Part shown: piece by piece, positions 1-19,065 of the stretch | Layout of the letters: the number at the start of each line of letters is the position of its first letter | Position numbering within the stretch: the stretch's first letter is position 1 | Assembly: GCA_964016885.1 (NCBI GenBank) | Contig: CAXHJY010001084.1 | Coordinates: 1 to 64,000, forward strand | Direction of reading: 5' to 3' | Origin: Eledone cirrhosa | Taxonomy: Eukaryota | DNA: 64,000 nucleotides | Made by a program: the position numbers and the translations under genes | The notes under the pieces: generated by a model | Told to the model about the DNA's origin: nothing | The model's database searches: none | What the model saw: only the letters and a program-made list of their open reading frames with translations

Positions 1-381
1 AGTGTCACAGGTCCCCTTCTCCTCTCATTGGTCAGTTATTAAAATTTGTTTGTTTGAATTCATATGACTCCAGTTCCCCAGTGAATTAACAACCCAACAA
101 GGAACTGGGCATATCAGAGTATTGACAATATCATACACCTAAACAACATATGTACTTGTCTATACCATACTAATTCAAACTGCCTGAAGAGGTCACAGCC
201 AAAGATGGCTGTCACTGAAATATATATAGCAGTAATAAACGAAGCTAAATTTTAATCATTTGACTTTTATTTAACTTTATTTTACACTACTCCGGAGTAA
301 CGAAACCAACCTGCGCACTTCGTCGAGTGCTCCAGCCTGCATACTGAAGTGTTGGTATACAACCAACATAAACTCAAAATC

Positions 382-383
<2 letters not shown>
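1..383 (+). mobile_element. Penelope-like pLTR/tail fragment (5' end outside window or undefined)
   Basis: Hammerhead plus AATAAA, T-rich tail, GAGTGCTCC motif (325-333), ends TCTA at a (TA)n tract like the other hammerhead inserts. Confidence 0.5.
179..233 (+). ncRNA. Minimal type I hammerhead ribozyme (Penelope-like element type)
   Basis: Stem I ACTGC(179-183)/GCAGT(229-233); core CTGAAGA (184-190); stem II GGTCACAGCCA-aaga-TGGCTGTCACT (11 positions, one C.C mismatch); GAAA (217-220); mini stem III with palindromic loop ATAT; AUA cleavage triplet; AATAAA immediately 3' (234-239). Confidence 0.8.
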
Positions 384-469
<86 letters not shown>

Positions 470-730
470 CATATATACATATATATATATACATATATAT
501 ATATACATATATACATATATATATACATATACATATATACATATACATATACATATATACATATACACATATACATATATACATATACATATATACATAT
601 ATACATATACATATATACATATATATATATATACATATATACATATACATATATACATATACACATATACATATATACATATACATATATACATATATAT
701 ACATATATATATATACATATATATATATAC

Positions 731-779
<49 letters not shown>

Positions 780-900
780 CATATATACATATACATATAT
801 ACATATATACATATATATACATATATATACATATATATACATATATATACATATATATACATATATATACATATATATACATATATATACATATATATAC

Positions 901-937
<37 letters not shown>

Positions 938-1039
938 TATACATATATATACATATATATATATATACATATATATACATATATATACATATATATATAT
1001 ATACATACATATATATATATACATACATATATATACATA

Positions 1040-1080
<41 letters not shown>

Positions 1081-1115
1081 ACATACATATATATACATAT
1101 ATATATATACATACA
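384..1115. repeat. (TA)n microsatellite with TACA interruptions
   Basis: Directly visible. Confidence 0.97.
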
Positions 1116-1711
1116 TGATGCGCATGAAAGTCGATAGCTGTATAACAAAGTGCAGGGCAATAAAGATAGACGGTAGTCACGGAATAGGCAGACCTAGAAA
1201 AACCTGGGACGAGCTGATAAACTCCGACATCACACACTTACACCTCTCCAAGACAATGTCACTGGACCGAGACCTTTGGCGGTACTCAGTAACAGAGAAG
1301 ACCCGCCTTACCTAAATATATAGTAAAACCTACTCCAGCCAGTAGGCATCTCTAACAAAATACACCCCGTCCCACCACCCCCACCCCCACCCGATCCACA
1401 CCACCCCGTTCTATGTAAAGTTATGTTGGTGCCGCGCCATCGAGGCCGAAACAAATGAGATCGTGTAGGTGTCACGACAAAAAAACACACAGTCCACGCT
1501 GTAATGTGGCCGTGTAGGCAACACGGTAAAAACCTCCCAGACCCACACTGTAAATGTGGTTGGTGTTAGGAAGGGCATCCAACTGTAGAAAACCTGCCAG
1601 ACAGTCCTATGCGAGCAAGACAATCACTCTTGCCTCAAGTGGGACTACCCCCGTCCAAACCCATGCAAGCGTGGAACACGGACGTTAAACGTTGATGATG
1701 ATGATGATGAT
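1116..1711 (+). mobile_element. RTE-clade LINE, 5'-truncated 3' fragment
   Basis: ORF2 C-terminus MRMKVDSC...[11 protein letters not shown]...DRDLWR, 3' UTR and GGACGTTAAACGTT(GAT)n tail; near-identical to 9206-9785 on the minus strand. Confidence 0.93.
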
Positions 1712-1713
1712 AC

Positions 1714-1750
<37 letters not shown>

Positions 1751-1754
1751 CATA

Positions 1755-1806
<52 letters not shown>

Positions 1807-1807
1807 C

Positions 1808-1838
<31 letters not shown>

Positions 1839-2122
1839 CATATATATACATATATATACATATATATACATATATATACATATATATACATATATACATA
1901 CATATACATATATATATATATATACATACATACATACATATACATATATATACATATATATACATACATACATATACATATATATACATACATACATATA
2001 CATACATACATATACATATATATAATATACATATATATACATATATATATATACATACACATACATACATATACATATATATACATACATATACATATAT
2101 ATATATATATACATACATATAC

Positions 2123-2189
<67 letters not shown>

Positions 2190-2232
2190 CATATATATAT
2201 ACATATATATACATATACATATATATACATAT
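1712..2232. repeat. (TA)n/(TACA)n microsatellite
   Basis: Directly visible. Confidence 0.97.
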
Positions 2233-2450
2233 GGTGGCTGCCAACTCGTTTTCGAGTACGGCCACTACTTTACATCCATGTAGGATAACCCCTACCGAAG
2301 CGCTGAACGAGTGTGACTTTTTAGTCCAGCCAGCGACTTGAAACCTCTGGTACAAACACTACACCTGTGACAATCATTGACACATAGTGCTGGGCCCATG
2401 GTAGGACAACTATTGACACATAGTGCTGGGCCCATGTGAGGACAAGTGCA
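2233..2450 (-). mobile_element. 3' end of a different LINE (RTE/BovB-like) with C-terminal zinc-finger motif
   Basis: Minus frame ends [20 protein letters not shown] (C-x2-C-x12-H); short 3' UTR ends in hairpin GTGGC-cgt-ACTCG-aaaa-CGAGT-tggca-GCCAC at the (TA)n junction; 36-bp internal tandem duplication at about 2376-2447. Confidence 0.55.
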
Positions 2451-2717
2451 GAGAGATCTCCAGATATAAAGCAATGCCTGTGCCGTGAAGCTTTTATAGT
2501 GAGCAAAGGCACTGCACAAAGCCAGTCCCACTCTCTTAACCAAGATGATATTTACCAAAAAGAAGAACAAGTCAACATCATTGGATTACCATCAGGGTTG
2601 CAGGTGTTATATCAGAGTTTTCCTTCTCCTAGAATTCTGCCTTGACAAAGGCTAAGGGGTCATCTCTCCCGGTGATTTTGGATGGCCATTGACTCTTAAG
2701 AGCTCCTTTGCCCTTTG

Positions 2718-3908
<1,191 letters not shown>

Positions 3909-3939
3909 AAGATCAAAAGATGGTTAAAAGAGTTCCATG

Positions 3940-4010
3940 TATTTTATTATGCGCATTTCAAAAACAAATGTCATCATGCAATAACATTTGTGTTTTCATC
4001 AGATAAAACA
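3940..4010 (-). ncRNA. Minimal type I hammerhead ribozyme
   Basis: Minus strand: TGTTTTAT-CTGATGA-AAACACAAATGTTATT-gcat-GATGACATTTGTTTTT-GAAA-T-GCGC-A-TA-ATAAAATA. Confidence 0.8.
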
Positions 4011-4109
4011 GTAAGACATGATTGTGGATAGTGCAGTTTTAAATCAACATATGTTGATTTAAAACTGCACTATCCACAAGTGTTTTTTAACCTTCATATC
4101 ATATCTTCC

Positions 4110-4180
4110 TATTTTATCTGATGAAAACCCAAATGTTATTGCATGATGATATTTGTTTTTGAAATGTGCATAATAAAATA
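4110..4180 (+). ncRNA. Minimal type I hammerhead ribozyme
   Basis: TATTTTAT(4110-4117)-CTGATGA(4118-4124)-16-position stem II-GAAA(4161-4164)-T-GTGC-A-TA-ATAAAATA(4173-4180). Confidence 0.78.
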
Positions 4181-4306
4181 CATGGAACTCTTTTAACCAT
4201 CTTTTGATCTTATATATTATGTATACTCCAGTCCTACAAACTGTAGAGTGCTTCTTATCCGATATCTGCATTGCTTTATTGTACTACAATAAAACTCACC
4301 TCCTAC

Positions 4307-5331
<1,025 letters not shown>

Positions 5332-5495
5332 TAAATCTATTGTAACCTTACTTCTTTTTAAAGTCATTCAAGCTGGAAATATTTCTGTTTCACTTTAGTT
5401 TGCAATATATATTGTATATGTATGACTGTGTTTATTTGTGTGTGTTGATATATATATATATGTCATCATCACATACGCTTTTCCATGCTTGCATT

Positions 5496-5498
<3 letters not shown>
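5332..5498 (+). repeat. Left arm of long-range inverted duplication (partner 13375-13541)
   Basis: 167 bp appear identical to the reverse complement of 13375-13541 (identical translations [33 protein letters not shown] at 5400+ and 13473-); the adjacent TATCAATGTATATG-interrupted microsatellite is also mirrored. Confidence 0.92.
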
Positions 5499-5893
<395 letters not shown>

Positions 5894-8863
5894 TAACTTT
5901 GAATAACTTTGAAATGTTTTGGCCAGTATTGGCCCAGGCCATGTCTAACTTAATAGCACCACCTGGCGAAGTCTTTCAATTCAGGATTTGGGCACCATGG
6001 CCCATTCGAGAAGAGAATTACTGTTTGCGGAGACATATCCGGGTGTGGGTGGTTTGTCCGGGATTACTTGGAGGAATTTGTCCAAAGACTTCTTGAATTT
6101 TGTGTGGTCAGTTTCTGTTTTGACGTGTCCTGGTGTGATGTTGAAGAGAGCAGGGCCGATTGAGGTGAAATAATTGTGCCGTATTGTTGTTATGAGTTGC
6201 GATTTAGATTTTTGAATGGGACGGATAGCACGGGGCCCAAGCCTTGGGTGTATCTTGAAGGCGATGCCAACATCATTTGGGCAGTGATGATGGAACATTT
6301 TCCACATCATGCAGATAATATAACGCTCACGGCGACGTTGGAGTGAGTAAAGTTTCAGGTTTTCCAATCGACCCCAGTAGTCAAGGTCTGACATGCCATC
6401 TATCTTTTTCGTGATTGCCCTTTGAGGAGCTTCAAGTTTCATGATACTTTGTTTCGTGTGGGGAGACCACAGTGGACAACAGTATTCAAGGTGTGGTCGG
6501 GCGAAAGTAGAGAAGAGAAGGATAATGGTGCGGGAATCTCTCGACTGGAAGGTTCTGAGGATCCAGGAACACATTCTGCGGGCCATGTCAACTTTGCTGC
6601 TTATATGCGTGGTCCAGCTTATGTTGCTGTCCACGGTTACTCCCAAGTCTCTGATGTTGTTAGATGCCACGAGAGTTTCCCCGGAGGGAAGGGAGTACGG
6701 GAGTTTCAGAGCATCCTCTTTTCCAAAGTGGATCAGTTCGAATTTGTCTTCGTTCAGTAACATGTTGTTCTTTTCTGCCCATTGGGTAACAGCCAGTAGG
6801 TCTGACTGAAGGCTTATCCGGTCATCCACGCCATTGATGACCTTTTGGAGCTTGGAATCATCAGCGAAAATTTTAATGTTGCTGTGTTTGATGATGTCAG
6901 TGATGTCATTAATATAGATGATGAAGAGAAGTGGGCCCAACACAGTGCCTTGTGGGACTCCACTACTGACTTTGGCTGGGCTTGATTTGACTCCCTCAAC
7001 TACAACATGTTGGGTTCTGTTTGACAGGAAGCTCTTGATCCACTGCAGCAGCTTTCCAGTGACACCAATATTGGACAGCTTTCTCAGTAGAATGTTATGA
7101 TCAACCCTGTCAAAGGCCTTGCTGAAATCAAGGTAGATAACATCAGTGTTGGAACCCTCTCCCAAGGCTCTCAAAATGTCATCAAAGTGATGCAGTAGTT
7201 GCGTCAGGCAATCCCTTCCATTACGGAATCCATGCTGGTTGGAGTTCAGCATATTGTTACTCTCAAGGAAGTGGGTCATTCGCGATCTCACCACTCGCTC
7301 AAATACCTTAATGATATGAGAGGTGAGTGAGATTGGACGGTAATTCACGGCAAGGGATTTGTTTCCCTTTTTGAAAACTGGGACAACAGACTGGGATAGA
7401 AGGTTTTCTGGCACATATCCAGCATCCAGTGAGTTCCGCCACAGATTGGCAAGAGGAGAAGCAAGTTGGTGTTGACACGCCTTCAAGACACAAGCAGGGA
7501 ACCTATCGGGACCTACTGCTGAATTATGCTTGATTTCCTTTATTGCCGCCAAGACATCAGGGGCGCCAAACGTTATGTCCGATAAGGTGTAATGGGGAGT
7601 AACATCGCCGATACAGCCCAGATCGGCCATATCAGGATTGCTGAAAACAGAGCAGTATTGTTTCTGCAGTATCTCACCCATGGTTTTAGCATTGTCTTGA
7701 AGAGTGCCATTTTCATCAATTAGAGGGCCAACAGTAGAGCCAGTGATTTTGTGTTTTTTTGCAAATGAAAAGAACACTTTGGGATTGAGTTTGATCTTCT
7801 CAATGGCCCAGGCCTCTTCAGCTCTTCTCTGATTGTTGATGAGGGACATTATGTTGTTTTGGAGGTTATGTTTTTTAATCTCTAGTGATGAAATGGCAGT
7901 CAAGTTGATGTGTTGCTGCTGACAGTATTTCAGATTGTTGATTTTTTTGTTCGTTCTCTTAATTTTTCTGATGAGCGTTTTTCTATTTCTAGGGATTCTG
8001 CTCTTAGATTTGTTTATAGTTCTTAATGGGGTGTGTTTAGCACATATGTTTGTAACAGTGTCCACAAATGTCTGCCAGGACTTTTTGATGTTAGTGGGTG
8101 TATGAGTGTGCGTGAAGGACCAGTCGACATGTGCAAGATCATGACTGATCGCTTCCCAGTTTGCATTGTGGAAATCCATAGCGTCAAACGGATGGACAGG
8201 AGAAATGACATTGGGTTTGTATATTGGACGGTGGAATCTCAGATCACAGAGAACCATGTCATGATCAGAGAGTAGAGTTTTCTCCACTGCAATATTGTGG
8301 ATATTGTCAGTGTGATTGCTGAAAATTAAGTCTAGGACGTTTTTGTGGCACCTCGTTGGTTCGAGCACTAGTTGGGATAGGAAGAAATCATCCATGAAGT
8401 CAAGAAGCGATTCCACAGCTTCCCTGTCAGAGGTTGAGGCAGAAGAACCTGGTGGCAGGGTGTTTGTGGACCAGTCAACTCCGGGGAGGTTGAAGTCCCC
8501 CATCATTAAGATGTTGTCAGGGTGACACTCTTGGATGAAACACTTTATGCTGTTGAGGCATTCCTTGAAGCATGGTACAGGCGTTTGGGGTGGCCTATAG
8601 AGCCCAACTACTAATAGGTTGTTGGTTTGACTGAATACAGTGACTGCCTCACAGTATCCATTAGTGAATATGTTCATAGCCTCTGTTGAGAAAGAATTAT
8701 GGACATAAATGGCAGTTCCGCCCTTTCTTCTGCCAGCGCGATCAGCACGGATGGCTTTGAAATTTTTCACTTTCACCTCGGCTTCCAAGTGGAGGTTACT
8801 GAGATGGGTTTCAGTGAGGACGAAGAAAGGGATGTGGTTTGGATGGACATCAATCCAGTCCTC
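5894..8863 (-). mobile_element. CR1-clade LINE, 5'-truncated just inside ORF2
   Basis: APE+RT ORF, 87-bp 3' UTR with GGCCA-atac-TGGCC hairpin and terminal (TTCAAAGTTA)2 repeat; both ends abut (TA)n. Confidence 0.92.
5981..8863 (-). CDS. Non-LTR retrotransposon ORF2 (apurinic endonuclease + reverse transcriptase), CR1 clade, N-terminus truncated
   Basis: Open frame of 961 codons. APE motifs VLTETHL (upstream of the called TTG), GGTAIYV, LYRPP, GDFNLP, LDLIF, SDHD. RT motifs [43 protein letters not shown]1-type C-terminus [13 protein letters not shown] and [11 protein letters not shown]. Confidence 0.93.
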   Translation of the reverse strand, partial: EDWIDVHPNHIPFFVLTETHLSNLHLEAEVKVKNFKAIRADRAGRRKGGTAIYVHNSFSTEAMNIFTNGYCEAVTVFSQTNNLLVVGLYRPPQTPVPCFKECLNSIKCFIQECHPDNILMMGDFNLPGVDWSTNTLPPGSSASTSDREAVESLLDFMDDFFLSQLVLEPTRCHKNVLDLIFSNHTDNIHNIAVEKTLLSDHDMVLCDLRFHRPIYKPNVISPVHPFDAMDFHNANWEAISHDLAHVDWSFTHTHTPTNIKKSWQTFVDTVTNICAKHTPLRTINKSKSRIPRNRKTLIRKIKRTNKKINNLKYCQQQHINLTAISSLEIKKHNLQNNIMSLINNQRRAEEAWAIEKIKLNPKVFFSFAKKHKITGSTVGPLIDENGTLQDNAKTMGEILQKQYCSVFSNPDMADLGCIGDVTPHYTLSDITFGAPDVLAAIKEIKHNSAVGPDRFPACVLKACQHQLASPLANLWRNSLDAGYVPENLLSQSVVPVFKKGNKSLAVNYRPISLTSHIIKVFERVVRSRMTHFLESNNMLNSNQHGFRNGRDCLTQLLHHFDDILRALGEGSNTDVIYLDFSKAFDRVDHNILLRKLSNIGVTGKLLQWIKSFLSNRTQHVVVEGVKSSPAKVSSGVPQGTVLGPLLFIIYINDITDIIKHSNIKIFADDSKLQKVINGVDDRISLQSDLLAVTQWAEKNNMLLNEDKFELIHFGKEDALKLPYSLPSGETLVASNNIRDLGVTVDSNISWTTHISSKVDMARRMCSWILRTFQSRDSRTIILLFSTFARPHLEYCCPLWSPHTKQSIMKLEAPQRAITKKIDGMSDLDYWGRLENLKLYSLQRRRERYIICMMWKMFHHHCPNDVGIAFKIHPRLGPRAIRPIQKSKSQLITTIRHNYFTSIGPALFNITPGHVKTETDHTKFKKSLDKFLQVIPDKPPTPGYVSANSNSLLEWAMVPKS

Positions 8864-13374
<4,511 letters not shown>

Positions 13375-13541
13375 ACCAATGCAAGCATGGAAAAGCGTAT
13401 GTGATGATGACATATATATATATATCAACACACACAAATAAACACAGTCATACATATACAATATATATTGCAAACTAAAGTGAAACAGAAATATTTCCAG
13501 CTTGAATGACTTTAAAAAGAAGTAAGGTTACAATAGATTTA
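13375..13541 (-). repeat. Right arm of long-range inverted duplication (partner 5332-5498)
   Basis: Reverse complement of 5332-5498; continues into unique DNA at 13542, so probably the original copy. Confidence 0.92.
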
Positions 13542-13975
13542 GCTAATTACACATTAGATTCACACTCTTTTAACACCAACCCTAACTAAAGAGAATCCAC
13601 AGTGTGCTTAACAGAGCAAATAAACATTAGTAGCCAGCAGGCTCTTTAGTGTATGATCAATGCACTTGCACAGCATTTGTGAGGTGTAGAGTTCAATGCC
13701 CTGCAGGTCCCCCTTTCATCTCCAAGAGTACTTTACTCAATTTTCTTTAATATTATTGATTGACTCTTATTATAGTCATTTGCGTTGGGACGACTACATT
13801 TCAAAATTTCAATATTGAACGGTTTTGATGGGAGGAAGCATGAAATCAGAGAACACACTTCGATAAAGAACTGACTACTGACGCGTGTGTGTGTATGAGT
13901 GTATTTGCCTTATAAGTGTGTAAAGTATTGTATATATATTTTATAATGTACACGGAACAATTTATTGTATATACA

Positions 13976-13977
13976 TG

Positions 13978-14008
<31 letters not shown>

Positions 14009-14035
14009 GTGTGTGGTGTGTGGTGTGTGGTGTGT

Positions 14036-14106
<71 letters not shown>
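13976..14106. repeat. (GT)n/(GTGTGGT)n microsatellite
   Basis: Directly visible. Confidence 0.95.
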
Positions 14107-14107
<1 letters not shown>

Positions 14108-14769
14108 TATATATATATATTGCTACTTACTGAATAAACATGTATGCATGCAATTAGATTATGGATAATAAAAAAAATGAACTGTAAAATAAATAATACT
14201 ATATTATTATTATTATTAGACTAATAATAATTGTTTCTAATATTGGCCAGCAATTATCCCAGTACATTACTGGTACTTTATTATCATTATTAGACTAATA
14301 ATAAAGATAAAATAAGCTATAAAATGAGTTCAATATTTGCCTGTTATGCAAGAAACAAGCTTAAGAAGTGGCACTTTATCGACAAAAGATCGACAAACAG
14401 AAGTAATAGTGTTGAACTATGAGGGGATTGTGGTGAGGGAGACTATTGGACAAGTTGCAAGTAGCCATGAAGCGAGAACATCTTAGGTTAACTAGCATGT
14501 GTCTTAAGACTTGTTGGAAGATTGTTTAACAATTTCCACTTAATACTCCCACCCACCCATCTCCCAGCTAAACAAGAACATCAATAAATTCAATGAGGAC
14601 AAGGCAAGCATGGGTGCTGCATATTTTTCATCTATCATTTTAATCTATCTATTCAGTTCTATCCATTCACTTATTTATATATCTCGTTCTATCCATATAT
14701 TTATCAACAGTTCCATACAGCTATTTGCCCAATTCCACCAGGCCACCTGGATAGTTATCCCGTTTTACT

Positions 14770-14806
14770 TACACGGCCATCCATCCACCTATCAATCCAT
14801 CCTTCC

Positions 14807-14841
<35 letters not shown>

Positions 14842-15090
14842 ATCACCACCCATCCATCTATATATTCATATATCTATCTAATTAACTATCCACCTATCTA
14901 TCTATCCATCCATTTATCCACCTCTCTATTTTTCTAACCATCTATCAATCTATCTGTTTATCTATCTCTCTATCTATCTATCTAGCCATCATTCTATATG
15001 AAGCCATCTCTCTATCTAGCCTTCTATCCATCTATTTAGCAATCTCGCTATCTCTCTAGTCATCTAGCCATCTACTAATACATATCTAAG
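14770..15090. repeat. Degenerate (ATCT)n/(ATCC)n microsatellite
   Basis: Directly visible. Confidence 0.85.
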
Positions 15091-15766
15091 TTCTTCAACA
15101 CCTACTGTAGTTATTATATCCATCTTCTGCTACAACTATGAGATTAAGCAAGTTTTACCTGTGTGATCCCCTGGTTCGATTGTCATCTTCTCTGGATATA
15201 GAACTTGCCGTTTCAGAATTAAAACACAGTAGTTCCTCCTCCATGGTCGAGGGTATGAAGCTTGTAATTCCAGTGTCAATGTAGTTGAATAGCAACAGAA
15301 AGCTGTCCTGTCCTTACTTTTTAAAATCAAAACAGGGTGGGAAAGGGGAAGGAGATTTGTGTGTTGAAAATCCACACTGGCAGGGAAGAGAAGTAAGAAG
15401 GAATATAACAACAACTGGTGCAGGAATTTGGGTGGGGGAAGAGAAATTCGGACATAAGAACTCCAAAATTCTCAAACTCAACTGAGCTCCAAGTAGCATG
15501 AAGCATCAACAGTGGTCATTTGGGATAGTGTTATTTGATGCCACTTTGGTAAGGAGCAGCAACAAGAAGAGCAGTAGGGGGAGCAGCAGCAGTAGTAAAG
15601 AGGATAATGACAACATGAAGCTTAGTGTGACACTGATGAGGCCAACTGACAATGACAAAGAAGGAGACACCTGCAGTAGCAGCAGTGCTTAAGAAGACAA
15701 CACCGCTTCCTAAACATAAACATCAGCAGAAGTGATAACAACAACAGCAGCAGCAACGGCAGCAGT

Positions 15767-15799
<33 letters not shown>

Positions 15800-16099
15800 A
15801 GAATAAGGAGCGAAGGCCATCATCTATTTCATTAGTGTCCACCTGCCAGAAGTAAAGAGTATCATCTCAACTAGCAGGCCTTGAACATAGTACAAGAGAG
15901 AGAAAGATATAGCAGTAGAAGCAGCAGCTAGTTGTTGTTGTCATCAACAGTAGCAGTTGTAGAAGTAACAGTAGCACAATCAGTAGTATGGTTCCTTCCT
16001 ACTGCCTGCTGCTGTTGTCACAGGAGTAGATACCGATGATGATGATGATGATGATGATGATAGTATTGTTACTATTACTACTATCACTAATAATAATGA

Positions 16100-16280
16100 T
16101 TTCTACTTTAGACACAAGACCAATAATTTGGGGGAAAGGGGAAGTTGATTATATAGACCTCAGTATTTCACCGGTACTTTACTTTGTCGACCTTGAAAGG
16201 AGAAAAAGCAAAGTTGACATTGGCAGGATTTGAACTCAGAACATACCATTCAACATTCCACCAAAACTACCAATCCACCA
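16100..16280 (-). mobile_element. tRNA-derived SINE
   Basis: Homologous to other copies in the window: B-box-like GAGTTCAAATCC and core GCCTTTCATCCTT..GGGTCGATAAAATAAAGTACCAGT on the element strand. Confidence 0.75.
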
Positions 16281-16288
16281 TCATATTA

Positions 16289-16656
16289 CCGTATTTGCTC
16301 TATTATAAGACCTACTCCAAAAATAACCCCTAGCATGATTTTTATGTTGCTGTCCAATATAAGCCCAACTCTGGAAATAAGTCCCAGCGCATTTTTGTGA
16401 GAAAAATTAATACAAAAAATAATATAAAACACAGATTTCCAATGTCTTACTGCTTACTAATATAATAAATTCTTTTAACGGTATTGTTTTTAACTCTATA
16501 ATATAATTTGACATCATAATGATACTTTTATCAAAACTCTTGTGCTGTTATTTTTTTTTTAGTAAAAACATAAACCCTACCCCGAAAATAAGCCCAAGTG
16601 CCTTTTGTTTTAGGGAAAAATAATATAAGACTTATCTTATAATAGGGAAAACATGG
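16289..16656. mobile_element. Non-autonomous Tc1/mariner-superfamily (pogo/Tc2-like) MITE
   Basis: Imperfect TIRs CCGTATTTGCTCTATTATAAGA / TCTTATAATAGGGAAAACATGG with TA on both sides; internal AAATAAGCCC-type subrepeats. Confidence 0.65.
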
Positions 16657-16682
16657 TATTACTACTACTAATAATAATAATG

Positions 16683-16930
16683 TTTCTACTTTAGGCACAG
16701 GGCCAGCAATTACACAGTACATTACTGGTACTTTATTTTATCGACCCTGTAAGGATGAAAGGCAAAGTTAACCTTAGCGGGATTTGAACTCAGACCATAA
16801 AGGGCCGTAACTTTTCTACTTTAGGCATAAGGCCAGTAATTTGAAGGGAAGGGGAAAGTCGATTAAATCGACCCCAGTGCTTTACTGGTGCTTTATTTTA
16901 TCGACCCCATAAGAATGAAAGGCAAAGCTA
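16683..16930 (-). mobile_element. Two adjacent tRNA-derived SINE fragments
   Basis: Two copies of TTTCTACTTTAGGCA...ATCGACCC...GATGAAAGGCAAAG. Confidence 0.75.
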
Positions 16931-18902
16931 ATAATAATAATAATAGTTGCAGCAGAGAGCTGATAATGCTGATGGTGATGATGCTGTGCAATCTGTGTTT
17001 GGCTTGTTTTCTTTGTATCTTGTTTACTACTTCCTCACCTTTCACACTGTATTCTTTCTGATTCTTCTCTCTCATTCATTTCACTTGCAGCTTCTTCTCT
17101 CATTCTATGTTGCTCGCTCTTCTCCATCTCTTCATTCTTGAACATTTATTCCACATCTATCAACACTCATTTTTTACTAACTTAAATCTCCAACACACTC
17201 CACCACCTCCTCCTTCTCTCTTTAATCTACTCCACCAAACTCACTAACTTTTTCTCTTGTGTCACTCTTAGTCTCATACCACCCAACCCCCATCTTTCTC
17301 TCTCTCTCTCTCTTCACACTCACACACCTGTATTCTTTAGCCACCTTTACTTTCCATTAAAAAAAAAAAGAAATCACTCCATCCCTTCCCTACTCCCTCC
17401 CACATCCCTTCCCTACTCCCTGTAGTCATCTTACCAGTCCTGAAAGGAAATCCTTCCCTCTATACCATTCCTCAATGTCAAAATAATAATTCCTCTCTCT
17501 CTCTCTCCAATCTACCCAACTTGCTTTGACCTGCTCTCTACATGTTATTCATTAATTCATTTTTTTCTAACAGTTCTCAACATGTTCTGACATCTACCCC
17601 CACCCAACCTGAATGCTACACACACTCCTCAGGTGTTTTATGTTATTTCAATGAATCTGTTTGTCCCTTCTGTTTTCCATCATACAAACCCTCCAAATCC
17701 TTTCTCTTGCTACTTTCACATTAACTAAATCACTGACCTTCAAATTATTTACTCATCCTTTTCATCTGTCTACATTTACCTCACACCTTTTCCACCTTTC
17801 CTAAATTGTTCAATACTTTTCATTACACACCCTACTTTTTTCTTTTCCACATATTATTTTAGATTCCCCCACAACCTTTCTTAACCCTTTTGCTACCATA
17901 TTTCTAATGAAAGACACTGCCAATGTATTTCAATTGATTTTGAAAATAATTGTTAAAAATTTAATAAAATGCCTAACTTTTCATTATTAAGTTGATGTTT
18001 GGACAAAACGTCCTTCTTTGCCCACTTATTCCTGAGAGGGTCATGGGGACAGTTCTCAAACACTCCTTCCAGTGGGTCCTGTCAGAAGCAACTGTCTCTA
18101 ATTGATGTGACTAGGATTCCCAAGTGAGACCAGCTGAGTTCAATGGATGTTATCATTAGACTAACAGGAAGGGAAGGCTTTGTATGCTATTTATAATAAA
18201 TTGAATTACCACAGAGGCTCCCAAGATTAAGTTGGTGGCTAGCAGAATTAATAAGAGCTTTGTATACTAGAATCAGAAAAGCATTAGACAAATTACTTTG
18301 TGATGTTGAGTGAAATTCTGATTTCAAAACATACCCAAACTTAACTTTGAATTTCATCTTCCTTGAATCAATAAAATAAATACCATTCAAGTACTCAAAA
18401 TAATGCCCCAGTATGGCAGCAATTCAATGAATGAAACCAGTGAGTGTGTACATATCATCATCATGATAAATGGTCCTTATAATATGTGTTGAGGGGAAAT
18501 AAGTTTGACAGAGGCAACTCTTCTCCAGATACACATACACACAAAGACATAGAAGTAAAAGAGAGAGGAAAACTATCTTCAATTACACCTCAAAATGAGA
18601 TCAGTTAATATCAAGATGTATTGCAAACTACAGCATTGCAGCCATATCAAACCCATTGAAGCAGAAACAAACTGAAAGATACTTAGACATGCTTGCTGAA
18701 GCAGTAAATCAGACATTAGAAAGTTGAACCTTACAGATGAGAAAAGGTTCTCATTAGATCAGGTGTTATAAGATTCATCTTCATGGATGAGAGGAGATGG
18801 AATTGAATTGTATAAAAAGAAGTAATACTGCAGACAAATACAACCCACTGGAGCCTAGAATAACTAGCTAAATATATTTAACAATGCTTGGTCAATCATT
18901 TC

Positions 18903-19065
18903 ATAAATTTAATAATAAATAGATAAAAATTAAATAAATAAATAAATAAATAATATATAAATAAAAATAAAAACAAAATAAAAATAAAATAAAAATAAAA
19001 AAAAATAAAAAAAAAATAAAAAATAAATAAATAAAAAAATAAAAATAAAATAAATAAATAAATAA
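18903..19065. repeat. A-rich (AAAT)n low-complexity tract
   Basis: Directly visible. Confidence 0.9.

Noticed and set aside
15633-15665. CTGATGAGGCC as a hammerhead
   Set aside because: No stem II closure, GAAA-UH or stem I partner; low-complexity context.
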